From an uncultured Eubacteriales bacterium (GTDB lineage Bacteria > Bacillota > Clostridia > Christensenellales > Aristaeellaceae), in the NCBI GenBank assembly GCA_902801165.1, contig CADCHI010000007.1, positions 17,302 through 81,301 on the forward strand: a DNA stretch of 64,000 nucleotides, in the 5' to 3' direction. Below, one piece after another: positions 24,707 to 33,489 of the stretch; positions within the stretch are counted from its first letter, which is position 1, and each line of letters begins with the position of its first letter. The notes below the pieces were generated by a model, which worked only from the letters and a program-made list of their open reading frames with translations, did no database searches and was not told the DNA's origin. The position numbers and the translations under genes are program-made.

Positions 24707-26089
24707 ATGCAAAGCAAAGCCCCCGCCGAGAACAAGATGGGCGTCATGCCCATTCCAAAGCTGATACTGAACATGTCCCTGCCGATGATCCTGTCTATGC
24801 TGGTGCAGGCGCTCTACAACGTGGTGGACAGCTACTTCGTCGCCCGCTTCGAGCAGGACGCCCTCACGGCGGTCTCACTGGCCTTCCCGGCCCAGAACCT
24901 GATGATCGGCGTGGCCACGGGCACGGCGGTGGGCGTCAACGCCCTGCTCTCCCGGGCGCTGGGCGAGAAGAACCCGAAGCTGGCCAACCAGATCGCCGAG
25001 AACGGCGTGTTCCTGGCGCTGGTGGGCTACGCGGTATTCCTGCTGTTCGGCCTGTTCGGCGTGCGGCACTTCTTCGCCGCCCAGACGGACGTGGCCAAGA
25101 TCGTGGGCTACGGCATGGACTACCTGACGGTCATCTGCTGCTTCAGCTTCGGCGTGTTCGGCCAGATCATGTTCGAGCGGTTGATGCAGTCCACCGGCCG
25201 CACGATCTACACCATGTTCACCCAGGGCATCGGCGCCATCATCAACATCATCCTCGACCCCGTATTCATCTTCGTGTTCCACCAGGGCGCGAAGGGCGCG
25301 GCCATCGCCACGGTCATCGGCCAGATCATCGCCTTCGGCCTGGCCGTCACGCTGAACCACCTGAAGAACGCGGACATCCAGCTGAACCTGCGCAAGTTCC
25401 GCCCGAGCCCGCGCCTGATCGGCCGCATCTACGCCATCGGCGTGCCTTCCATCCTGATGGTGGCCATCGGCTCGATCATGACCTTCCTGATGAACATCAT
25501 CCTGATCTCCTACACCGCCGCGAAGGAGCTCTCCGCCACGGTGTTCGGCGTCTACTTCAAGCTGAACAGCTTCGTGTTCATGCCGGTGTTCGGCCTGAAC
25601 AACGGCATCATCCCCATCATCGCCTACAACTACGGCGCGCGCAACCGCCGCCGGATGATGGAGGCCGTGAAGCTGGCGGTGATCTTCGCGGCCAGCTACA
25701 TCCTGCTGGGCATGCTGGCCTTCATGCTGATCCCCGGTCCGCTGTTGAAGATCTTCAACGCCTCCCCGGACATGCTGAGGGTAGGCATCCCCGCCATCCG
25801 CATCATCGGCAGCACGTTCCTGTTCGCGGGCACCTGCATCGCCATGGGCTCGGTGTTCCAGGCCCTGGGCTACGGCACCTATTCGATGATCGTGTCCTTC
25901 GCCCGCCAGCTGGTGGTGCTGCTGCCCTCGGCGTACCTGCTGGCCCGCGCCGGCCTGAGCACCGGCAACGACACGCTGGTCTGGTACTCCTTCCCCATCG
26001 CCGAGATCGCCTCCCTGCTCACGACGCTGATCCTGTTCCGGCGTCTGTACAAGAACGTGATCGAGCCGATCCCGGAGGGGAACGCGTAG
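24707..26089 (+). CDS. MATE family efflux transporter
   Basis: PKLILNMSLPMILSMLVQALYNVVDSYFVAR. RBS AAAGGAG. Confidence 0.9.
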   Translation: MQSKAPAENKMGVMPIPKLILNMSLPMILSMLVQALYNVVDSYFVARFEQDALTAVSLAFPAQNLMIGVATGTAVGVNALLSRALGEKNPKLANQIAENGVFLALVGYAVFLLFGLFGVRHFFAAQTDVAKIVGYGMDYLTVICCFSFGVFGQIMFERLMQSTGRTIYTMFTQGIGAIINIILDPVFIFVFHQGAKGAAIATVIGQIIAFGLAVTLNHLKNADIQLNLRKFRPSPRLIGRIYAIGVPSILMVAIGSIMTFLMNIILISYTAAKELSATVFGVYFKLNSFVFMPVFGLNNGIIPIIAYNYGARNRRRMMEAVKLAVIFAASYILLGMLAFMLIPGPLLKIFNASPDMLRVGIPAIRIIGSTFLFAGTCIAMGSVFQALGYGTYSMIVSFARQLVVLLPSAYLLARAGLSTGNDTLVWYSFPIAEIASLLTTLILFRRLYKNVIEPIPEGNA

Positions 26090-26119
26090 AGAATACTCCG
26101 CAAAAGCGACCTAAACGCA

Positions 26120-26188
26120 GAAGATCCTTCGCTTCGCTCAGGATGACGCCGATACCCTTGTCATCCCGGGTGAAGCGGGGGATCTTCT
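26120..26188. repeat. Family-2 hairpin repeat, copy 3 (degenerate right arm)
   Basis: GAAGATCCTTCGCTTCGCTCAGGATGAC...GTCATCCCGGGTGAAGCGGGGGATCTTC. It lies between convergent genes. Confidence 0.8.
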
Positions 26189-26262
26189 TCATTTTTCCTA
26201 TTTGAGATTATTGCCGCGCGCTTGTCAAAGGCACAAAGTATATCTCTGTGTTCCGGCCTTCG

Positions 26263-27336
26263 TCACCGCCTGCCGCCGAACAGCCCGCCGGTGAGCTCGC
26301 CGGCGCGGGTCTTTACCTTCTGCCACGCGCCCTTGAAGCTGCCGGTGGAGACCAGGGCGTAGGCCAGCGCCGCCAGCGCTGCGAGGCCCACCGCCCAGCC
26401 GACGCCCCGGGCCACCGCGGAGCCCTTGGCGCTCTTCGCGCCTTCGGCCTTGGCTCCGCCGCCGTAGAGGACGTCGTCCAGCACCTCGGCGATGTAGGCC
26501 GCGGCCTCCTGGGCCTTCTCCTTTTCGATCTCGTGGGTGCCGAACTCCAGCAGCAGGGCGTGGGGATACAGCTCCTGGTTGTAGTTGCCCTTGCCGATGA
26601 AGATGTCCTTGATCAGGCCGGGATACTTCTCGTCCGCGGCGGCCTTGATCTGCTGGGCGAAGGCCTTGTTCTCGGCGGAATTCTGGTTGTTGCGGCCCAC
26701 GAACAGCCGCACCTTGCTGATGTCCTCGCCGTCCACCTCTGTCTCGTACTGCTCAGCGGGCACGGCGTCCCGGTGGATGTCCAGCAGCGCGTCCGGGCCC
26801 TGCTTCAGCAGCTCCTCCGCCGTGCGCCGCGAGCGGCTGTAGGCATCGGCGTCGTGGGGCAGGAAGGTCTCCTTGGAGTAGACCGCCTCGATGCCCCGCT
26901 CCTCGAGGGCCTCCTTCAGGCTGTCGCCCACGTCGTAGATGCCGGCGTCCTCCCACTTGGAGGCCGTTCCATCGCTTGGCTCGTAGCTTTCATCGCTGTG
27001 CGTGGAATACATGGCGATCAGCTTCCTGCCGTCGTCCGCCGCGTCCTCGGCCAGGGCGGCGAAGGCAGCCTCGGCGTCCGCCTCCCGGGCGGGGCCGAGG
27101 TACTCCGCCATGGCGGTCTGGGCGGCGTCGTCCACGCTGACCACGCGGTACCAGCCGTCGTCCCCGGAGATGTACTCATCCCCCTCGTACATGCGCCCGG
27201 CCCGCTGGGTCAGGGCGTTTCCGTCGCCGTCCAGCAGCGTGTACAAGCAGTCGCCGTCCATCTCCGCCAGCGCGGGAAGGGCGGCCAGCGCCATTGCCGC
27301 CGCCAGCGCGGCGATTCTCAGAAGCGCCGGCCTCAT
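26263..27336 (-). CDS. spoIIP: Stage II sporulation protein P
   Basis: IAMYSTHSDESY, LLDIHRDA, VRLFVGRNNQN, ALLLEFGTHE (amidase-like SpoIIP motifs). Start at MRPALLRI, preceded by AGGAGGGA. Confidence 0.85.
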   Translation of the reverse strand: MRPALLRIAALAAAMALAALPALAEMDGDCLYTLLDGDGNALTQRAGRMYEGDEYISGDDGWYRVVSVDDAAQTAMAEYLGPAREADAEAAFAALAEDAADDGRKLIAMYSTHSDESYEPSDGTASKWEDAGIYDVGDSLKEALEERGIEAVYSKETFLPHDADAYSRSRRTAEELLKQGPDALLDIHRDAVPAEQYETEVDGEDISKVRLFVGRNNQNSAENKAFAQQIKAAADEKYPGLIKDIFIGKGNYNQELYPHALLLEFGTHEIEKEKAQEAAAYIAEVLDDVLYGGGAKAEGAKSAKGSAVARGVGWAVGLAALAALAYALVSTGSFKGAWQKVKTRAGELTGGLFGGRR

Positions 27337-27992
27337 CGCTGCTCCCTCCTGACGAAGTCCCCGTTCCTGAACTCCCGGGTGGGCTTGCGGCGGCCCCGGG
27401 AGGCGCGCTCCAGTATCTCGCCCAGCAGCTCGCTGATCAGCACCGCCAGCAGGCCCGCGATCACGATCGCGTCGAAGCCGCCTGCACCGCCCAGCGCCAG
27501 CCGCTGGTGAGCGCCCATGGCGTTGGCGTAGCCCCAGTTGGCCAGGTCCGCCAGCATCACGCCCAACGTGCCCGCGATGAACGCGCCGCGCCGGGAGCGA
27601 CCGAACACGTAGGCGATCAGGCCGGCGGCAATGCCGTAGGCATAGATCGGGTCGATGGTCATGCTCTCCGGCTCGTCCGGCAGCAGCCGGCCCAGCGAGA
27701 ACACCGCCACGCCGGTCAGCAGCGCCGCCAGCAGGCTGCGGGCCCGCTCGATGAAGGTGTCGGCCTTCGCCCACAGGGTGACGCACAGCGCCAGCGGGAT
27801 GAGCGCGCCGCCGATGTTGAAGGCGAAGGTCTCCGTCACCCGGATGTCCGGCACGAAGCCGCCCGCGATGATCAGCGCGATGAACAGTATCGCCTGCCGG
27901 TCCGTCAGGCGCAGCCGGTCCAGCACCCGCTGGCCTACGCCGAACAGGATCAGCAGGCCCGTGAGGATCAGGAGTATAAAGCCGATGGTCAT
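27333..27992 (-). CDS. DUF1614-like polytopic membrane protein
   Basis: Hydrophobic throughout. The stop overlaps the spoIIP ATG (ATGA). RBS GGAGGGA. Confidence 0.7.
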   Translation of the reverse strand: MTIGFILLILTGLLILFGVGQRVLDRLRLTDRQAILFIALIIAGGFVPDIRVTETFAFNIGGALIPLALCVTLWAKADTFIERARSLLAALLTGVAVFSLGRLLPDEPESMTIDPIYAYGIAAGLIAYVFGRSRRGAFIAGTLGVMLADLANWGYANAMGAHQRLALGGAGGFDAIVIAGLLAVLISELLGEILERASRGRRKPTREFRNGDFVRREQR

Positions 27993-28073
27993 GCGATTCC
28001 CTCCGAATCATGAAATGGTGAGGTTTGGTTTCGGAGGTAGTATGAGCCGGCGGTGGGAAAATTATGAACGCTG

Positions 28074-28097
28074 CGAAAAACCGGCGCGCCGCGCCGG
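28074..28097 (-). terminator. GC hairpin plus U-run terminator after the glycopolymer operon
   Basis: On the minus strand: CCGGCGC-GGC-GCGCCGG, followed by TTTTT. Confidence 0.5.
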
Positions 28098-28160
28098 AGT
28101 CAGATGATTGTCGATACGCTTCTTTGGAGCCCGCCATCCTATGTACAATTCCAACACAAA

Positions 28161-28344
28161 GGGACTGTCTCTAAACAACAAATCGCGAAGGAATCATCAG
28201 GCAATGATTCAGAAAACACCGTAGGGGCGCCATAATTGGCGCCCGCAGCGGAAGGTCCGCTCCCAGCGGAAGGTCCGCTCCCAACGGCATTTCTGCCGTC
28301 CCTACGAATGGATTCTGCAATGTTGTTTGTTTTGAGACAGTCCC
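28161..28344 (+). repeat. Family-3 TIR element (MITE-like), copy 1
   Basis: GGGACTGTCTCTAAACAACAAA ... TTTGTTTTGAGACAGTCCC. Internal palindrome GGCGCCATAATTGGCGCC and tandem CGGAAGGTCCGCTCCCA x2. Confidence 0.9.
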
Positions 28345-28374
28345 TTGATTCTACCTGTTTTTCCAAATCCAGAG

Positions 28375-29418
28375 TCAGTTCTTACAGCTCTCAAACGTCT
28401 CCGTCAGGCCCGCCCGCAGATCGTAGCCCGGCCTCCAGCCGAGGGACTCCAGCTTCGCGGGATTGAGCACGGCCCGGGTGACCTGGGTGTAGCCGGCCCG
28501 CTCCGCCTCCGGGGGCAGGTCGAAGGTGACCTTCACGCCGGCGATGTCCGCGAGGATCTCCGCGTACTGGCGAATCGACGCGATCGAGCCGCGGTTTGCC
28601 ACGTTGTAGGCCTCGGCCTTCGCGCCCTTGGCCAGCAGCGTCAGCAGCGCGGCGACGGCGTCGGCCACGTAGCAGAAGGAGCGCACCTGGCTGCCGGCGC
28701 TCTTCATCACGATGTCCTCCCCCGCCAGCGCCTTGCGGATGAACTGGGCGTCCGCGCGGCTGTTGGTGGCCGTGAAGGTGGGCCCGTAGACGTGGCACAG
28801 GCGCGCCACCACCGCGTCCACGCCGTGCTGGGCGGCGTAGGCTGCGCACAGCGTCTCCGCGGCGCGCTTGCTCTCCGGATAGCAGGAGCGGGGCTTCATG
28901 GTGTCGATCCAGCCCTGGTCTCCCTCGGAGAAGCCCTCCTCGAACACCGGGTTCTCGCCGTAGATTTCCCCCGTGGAGAGCATCAGGAATCGCCCATGTC
29001 CCTGGCCGCGCAGGTGTTCCAGCAGCTGCATCGTGCCGAACAGGTTGGCCTGCATCGTGCCCACCGGGTCGGTGGAATAGGCCAGCGGGTGGGCGCTGGT
29101 GGCGGCGTGAACGACGTAGTCCGGCTCAAAGTCCAGCGCGACGTGCTTCGTGGCGTCGTAGGGCACGTAGTGGAAGCAGGGCCACTCCGTCGCCTCGCCG
29201 AAGCGGGCGCGCACCCCCGCCTCGCTGCGCCCCGCGGCGTAGAGCTCGATTCCCGCGCCTCGCGTCGCGTTCAGCCGCAGCAGCGCGTCCATCAGAAACG
29301 ACCCCACCAGGCCGGTGGCGCCGGTGATCAGCACCCGGCTGCCGTAGAGCGCCTCCAGCCCGACGGCCCCGTCCAGGGCGGCGTCCAGGCCGCGCGCGTA
29401 GAATTCCCGATTGAACAT
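28375..29418 (-). CDS. NAD-dependent epimerase/dehydratase (extended SDR)
   Basis: VLITGATGLVGSFL Rossmann motif and STGEIYG. Architecture resembles UDP-sugar dehydratase/decarboxylase. Confidence 0.85.
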   Translation of the reverse strand: MFNREFYARGLDAALDGAVGLEALYGSRVLITGATGLVGSFLMDALLRLNATRGAGIELYAAGRSEAGVRARFGEATEWPCFHYVPYDATKHVALDFEPDYVVHAATSAHPLAYSTDPVGTMQANLFGTMQLLEHLRGQGHGRFLMLSTGEIYGENPVFEEGFSEGDQGWIDTMKPRSCYPESKRAAETLCAAYAAQHGVDAVVARLCHVYGPTFTATNSRADAQFIRKALAGEDIVMKSAGSQVRSFCYVADAVAALLTLLAKGAKAEAYNVANRGSIASIRQYAEILADIAGVKVTFDLPPEAERAGYTQVTRAVLNPAKLESLGWRPGYDLRAGLTETFESCKN

Positions 29419-29448
29419 ATCGCACCTCGCTTGTGATTCACCCCCGGA

Positions 29449-30156
29449 TCACACGTCCATTTCCATTCTCAGGTAGGCCTTGAACAGCTCCAGGTCGTCC
29501 TTGCTGGTTAGCTTGATGTTCTTGTCCGACCCGGCGGCGAAGTACAGCGTCTCGCCCAGGTCCACCATCATGGTGTTGGTGTAGGCAGAGCCGTAGATGC
29601 CGATCTCCTCGGCGAAGGCCCGCTTGTAGGACCTCAGCAGAAGGTCGTAGCGGTAGGCCTGGGGGGTCGCCACCTTGCGCAGGGTCTCCCGGGGGATGTA
29701 CTGCCGGGTGGTGAACTCGTCGGTCTTGACGAAGATCTGCTCGTTGTAGGGGGTGGAGGTCACGCCGTTGCCGTGGAGCCGGCACACCCGCAGGATGTCC
29801 GACAGCACGCCGGAATCCACCATGGGCCGGATGCCGTCGTGGATGATGGCGATGTCGTCGCCCTTGAGCTCGCCCTCGAGGTTGTACACGCCGTTGCGGA
29901 TGGACTCCTGGCCGGTGGACCCGCCGGGGGCGATCCACTTCAGCTTGGTGATGCCGTACTGCTCCGCGTAGTCGCGCAGGGTCTCCTCCCAGCCCTCCAG
30001 GCACACCACCTCGATGGCGTCGATCTCCGGGTGCTTCTGAAAGCCCTCCAGCGTGTAGATGATCACGGGCTTTCCGTAGATGTGGATAAACTGCTTGGGT
30101 ATGTCCATGTTCATCCGGCTGCCCACGCCGCCGGCGATGATGATCGCAACGTTCAT
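29449..30156 (-). CDS. IspD/TarI-family cytidylyltransferase (CDP-alditol synthase-like)
   Basis: VAIIIAGGVGSRMNMDIPKQF and IHDGIRP. Confidence 0.85.
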   Translation of the reverse strand: MNVAIIIAGGVGSRMNMDIPKQFIHIYGKPVIIYTLEGFQKHPEIDAIEVVCLEGWEETLRDYAEQYGITKLKWIAPGGSTGQESIRNGVYNLEGELKGDDIAIIHDGIRPMVDSGVLSDILRVCRLHGNGVTSTPYNEQIFVKTDEFTTRQYIPRETLRKVATPQAYRYDLLLRSYKRAFAEEIGIYGSAYTNTMMVDLGETLYFAAGSDKNIKLTSKDDLELFKAYLRMEMDV

Positions 30157-30231
30157 TCGCCCATCTCCCTCGTATGTTCCTTCGCGTTTCGCCGTCTTTG
30201 CGTATCGGGAAGCGCCTGCCGCGAGGCCCTG

Positions 30232-31404
30232 TCAGTCGGCAAACCGCTTCCGGCTGCCCAGCCGCTCGATGATGTAGTCGCAGGCCGCGTCCGCCGCATG
30301 CCCGGTCTCGTAATAGCCGAAGTATTCCCGGATCGCGGCGCAGTTCTCCCGGGCCTTCTCCGGGGTCAGGCCCTCGATCAGCGCCTCCAGCTCCCCCTGG
30401 TTGTGGGCGAGCATGAACGGCGTGTCGTGCACGTCGAAGTAGACGCCCCGGGTGGCCACGTACTCCTCCCAGTCCGGGATGTAGAACAGCGCGGGCAGGT
30501 CGCGGATGATGAAGTCCATGGCGCAGGAGGAGTAGTCCGTCAGCACCATGTCCGCCGCCAGCAGCAGCTCCGCCATGTCCTCGTAGTCCGTCACGTTCAC
30601 GATCCTGTCCTGCACGGCCTCGAGGTCGATGCCCGCGGACAGGTAGTGGGCCCGGAACAGGCACAGCCACTTTTCCCCGGTCCTGGACTCCAGGCAGCGC
30701 AGCGTGCGGTCCAGGTCCATCTGGGCGCTCTTGGGCAGCACATCGGCGTTGTCCCGATAGGTGGGGGCGTACAGCAGCAGCTTCACGCCCGGCGCGATGC
30801 CCAGCTTTTCCCGCACGCGGCGGATCTGCTCCGGGTCGCTCTTCACCAGGATGTCGTTCCTCGGGGCCCCCGCCTTGATGTACTCGCCCTTGTAGTGGAA
30901 GGCCGTGCGGAACAGGCCCTCGCCGAACTTCGAGCCGGTCATGACCCGCGCACACTGCTCCTCGATGCGCTTATCCCCGGGAATATTCAGATCGTAGCAA
31001 ATCTTCTTGATTGCCCGGTCCCCATGCCAGGTCTGAATGTAAAATTGTCTTCCCTTCGCCAAGCGCAGGAACCCATGCTTTGTAAAGTTGTCCACCCAAA
31101 CCCGCGCCGTGGCCAACTCGTACAGCGATTCCTTTTTCTTGTAATACACGGGGCGCACGTAGTCCGGCACACTGTCCCTCAGCCGCGCCATGGCTTCCTT
31201 GTTGAAAAGCCATACGATCTTGGCCTGCGGGCACCGTTCGTGCAACCGCTCTGAAATGCTTCGGGGGTTGTCGCCATAGGAGCGTCCCCGAAAACAGCAG
31301 AAAACCACCTTGTTGGGATTGATACCCTTGAATGTGCGGCAGTACCAGACCACAAGCCTTCGGTAGTGCTCTGCCAGCCAGGGATAATCATCGATCCTGC
31401 TCAT
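30232..31404 (-). CDS. CDP-glycerol/CDP-alditol glycerophosphotransferase family protein (TagB/TagF-like)
   Basis: QTWHGDRAIKK, LLYAPTYRD, VLTDYSSCAMDF. ATG at 31404 preceded by GAGG. Confidence 0.85.
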   Translation of the reverse strand: MSRIDDYPWLAEHYRRLVVWYCRTFKGINPNKVVFCCFRGRSYGDNPRSISERLHERCPQAKIVWLFNKEAMARLRDSVPDYVRPVYYKKKESLYELATARVWVDNFTKHGFLRLAKGRQFYIQTWHGDRAIKKICYDLNIPGDKRIEEQCARVMTGSKFGEGLFRTAFHYKGEYIKAGAPRNDILVKSDPEQIRRVREKLGIAPGVKLLLYAPTYRDNADVLPKSAQMDLDRTLRCLESRTGEKWLCLFRAHYLSAGIDLEAVQDRIVNVTDYEDMAELLLAADMVLTDYSSCAMDFIIRDLPALFYIPDWEEYVATRGVYFDVHDTPFMLAHNQGELEALIEGLTPEKARENCAAIREYFGYYETGHAADAACDYIIERLGSRKRFAD

Positions 31405-31412
31405 CGCTTTCC

Positions 31413-32285
31413 TCAACCTCTTTGCGCCGGCTTGTATTCATAGACCGAGAAATGATGGTGATCGCCTCGCTTTTCCGGCGGTGGAAGCTGCATATAATCC
31501 CCGTACAGATTTTTCAAATACTGATGCGTATCCGCGGGGGCGTTGTACAGCTTTCCTTCAAACGACACCTTCACAGGATCGCCGTACCCTTCGCGGCGGA
31601 TATACTCTTCCACCGTGTGAAAATTGCTGGTTACGACGCCCACATACTCACATGCGTCATATTTGTACTTCAATGCTGTTTTCAAGAGCAGGCGGTTCCA
31701 AAAGCGATACCCCATCAGCTTCGCCACCGGCCTTGCCATGACCCTGAGCACCTTTGTGTAGTGCATCTTCCCGGAAACCCCCTGGAAATAGGCGAGCTTG
31801 CGCATGGTGATCAGCCCGCTGGCGATCCAGTAATGCCAGCGCACCTTTTTGGGGCTCGTGGGCAATCCTTCAATTGGAAAAACATCGACAAAGAGATTGG
31901 TATAATACGCCGCCTTTCCATCCTTCGAGCGGCTGTAGAGAATATATCGCTTGTCGCAAAGGCGCACAAAACCAGCAGCGTGAGGCACGGGACCAAAGGG
32001 AGAAGCGATCTCGACGTGATCGTTCAAAACGCCCTGAGTCATCTCAATCAGCCTGTCCACATCAGGCCGGGGCATGTTCACATCAATATCATCGTCCCAC
32101 GGAATAAACCCTTTATGACGAACGGCGCCCAGCAGCGTCCCACCGGAAAGATAATAGATCAGCCCGTTTTTTTCGCAGAATTCCACCAGCGTATCCAGCA
32201 TCTCCAGCTGGACCCTGCGCATCTCCTCCCTGCCTATCTCCCGTCCCAGTGTGTTTTTGTCAATCGTCAGGGTATCAACAATCAT
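31413..32285 (-). CDS. LicD family phosphotransferase
   Basis: YYLSGGTLLGAVRHKGFIPWDDDIDVNMPR. Start at MIVDTL, preceded by AAAGGAG. Lower GC than its surroundings. Confidence 0.85.
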   Translation of the reverse strand: MIVDTLTIDKNTLGREIGREEMRRVQLEMLDTLVEFCEKNGLIYYLSGGTLLGAVRHKGFIPWDDDIDVNMPRPDVDRLIEMTQGVLNDHVEIASPFGPVPHAAGFVRLCDKRYILYSRSKDGKAAYYTNLFVDVFPIEGLPTSPKKVRWHYWIASGLITMRKLAYFQGVSGKMHYTKVLRVMARPVAKLMGYRFWNRLLLKTALKYKYDACEYVGVVTSNFHTVEEYIRREGYGDPVKVSFEGKLYNAPADTHQYLKNLYGDYMQLPPPEKRGDHHHFSVYEYKPAQRG

Positions 32286-32320
32286 GCGCCAAACTCCTTT
32301 GGAATATATTCTCACCTATC

Positions 32321-32349
32321 AATTATAACATGACTGCCTACAAAAAACA
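32321..32349 (-). promoter_or_regulatory. Extended -10 promoter of the LicD operon
   Basis: On the minus strand: TTGTTT, 17-nt spacer, TGtTATAAT. The implied TSS lies just upstream of the 32285 start. Confidence 0.5.
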
Positions 32350-32495
32350 AGCCGAATCCTCGATACTGAGATTCTCACAAGAAGCAGATTCGAAACTACC
32401 AACATTAATTACATAGTGCATTAATCATTCCAGGTCATGATAGAATCTGTTGTATTATAATCATCAAAGTTATTAACGGACTCAGCCCACGCACG

Positions 32496-32532
32496 CAAAG
32501 CGGCGAAGGGCAAACCGCCTGCCCTTCGCCGC
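32496..32532 (-). terminator. Terminator hairpin after spo0A
   Basis: GGCGAAGGGCA / TGCCCTTCGCC is an 11-bp stem with a short U tract on the minus strand. Confidence 0.55.
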
Positions 32533-32561
32533 CTCGGCTCATATTTCCCATGCCGACGCCG

Positions 32562-33332
32562 TCACGCCGTCTTTTTGACGGAAATCTTGTCCGACACCAG
32601 GGCGATGAACTCGCCGTTGGTGGGCTTGTCCTCCCGCTTGAACACCTTGTAGCCGTACATCTGGTTCACGGTCTCGAGCCTCCCCCGCGTCCAGGCCACC
32701 TCGATGGCGTGGCGCATGGCCCGCTCCACCTTGCTGGCGGAGGTCTCGTACTTGCGGGCGATGCCGGGGTACAGCTCCTTGGTGATGCGGTTGATCACGT
32801 CGTGGTTCTCCAGCACCATCCGCACCGCCTCTCGCAGATACTGGTAGCCCTTGATGTGGGCGGGGATGCCCAGCGTCAGGAAGAGGTTGGTGATCTGCTC
32901 GTCCACCGACTCCCGCTCCCCCTCCGGGAGGGCGTCGGCGGCGACGGACCGGGGCGCGTCCCGGGCGATCTCCACGATGCGCTCGTAGAGCAGGTTCATG
33001 TCGAAGGGCTTGACCATGTAATAGCTGGCCCCCAGGCGGATGGCCCGCATGATGAAGTCGTCCCGGGCCAGCCCGGTGAGCACGATCACTCGGGGACGGA
33101 CGGCCTCCTCCATCGCGCCCAGGGCCTCGAGGATCATAAAGCCGTCCCGCCGGGGCATGATGATGTCCATCACCAGTATCTCCGGCACGTGCTGCCGCAC
33201 CGCGTCGGGCACCTCCATGCCGTCGGAGACCGCCGCCACCAGCTCGATGTCCGGCTTGCGCTCCAGAAAATCTGACAGCAGGCGCAGTATATTCAGGTTG
33301 TCGTCCGCCAGCATCACGCGTATCCTGTCCAT
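32562..33332 (-). CDS. spo0A: Sporulation master response regulator Spo0A
   Basis: Receiver domain VMLADDN...DIIMPRRDG. Spo0A-specific C-terminus IPAHIKGYQYLREAV, SKVERAMRHAIEVAW, KPTNGEFIA. Confidence 0.95.
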   Translation of the reverse strand: MDRIRVMLADDNLNILRLLSDFLERKPDIELVAAVSDGMEVPDAVRQHVPEILVMDIIMPRRDGFMILEALGAMEEAVRPRVIVLTGLARDDFIMRAIRLGASYYMVKPFDMNLLYERIVEIARDAPRSVAADALPEGERESVDEQITNLFLTLGIPAHIKGYQYLREAVRMVLENHDVINRITKELYPGIARKYETSASKVERAMRHAIEVAWTRGRLETVNQMYGYKVFKREDKPTNGEFIALVSDKISVKKTA

Positions 33333-33489
33333 AATCCCATCATCCTTTCAACGTATGCCGCTGAAACTGTATATGCAGGCACACGCGGGATTATGCGTCA
33401 CAGCCGCCCGGGTTTGTCGATTGACGGCAAACCCAGACGCAAAAGAGGTCCGACTTCCCGGCGGGGAAACCCGCCGCGGGCGGCAGCCG

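Noticed and set aside
28038-28068. Sigma-E-like promoter (TCATAAT ... CATACTA on the minus strand) upstream of DUF1614-spoIIP
   Set aside because: The motif resemblance is loose and the spacer is about 2 nt longer than I would expect. This is not sufficient without a species-specific matrix.
26263-28137. Single 624-aa minus-strand ORF
   Set aside because: Only the C-terminal 357 aa (from MRPALLRI, with a strong RBS) look like SpoIIP. The upstream 267 codons are Arg/Gly/Pro-rich read-through that overlaps the real DUF1614 gene, which sits in another frame.
28139-28466. Short ORFs inside Family-3 elements (28139..28366, 28236..28466, 34595..35080, 34996..35196)
   Set aside because: They are encoded by the repeat itself on both strands. 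The same peptide recurs in both copies, with no RBS.
29438-30955. 505-aa minus-strand ORF spanning two genes
   Set aside because: It is out of frame with both the IspD-like and TagF-like genes. Its composition is Arg/Gly/Pro-rich.
33415-33421. Spo0A (0A) box TGTCGAT upstream of spo0A
   Set aside because: It is a single 6-of-7 match to TGTCGAA, which is expected by chance in this much sequence. No second box or sigma-H promoter was convincingly seen.
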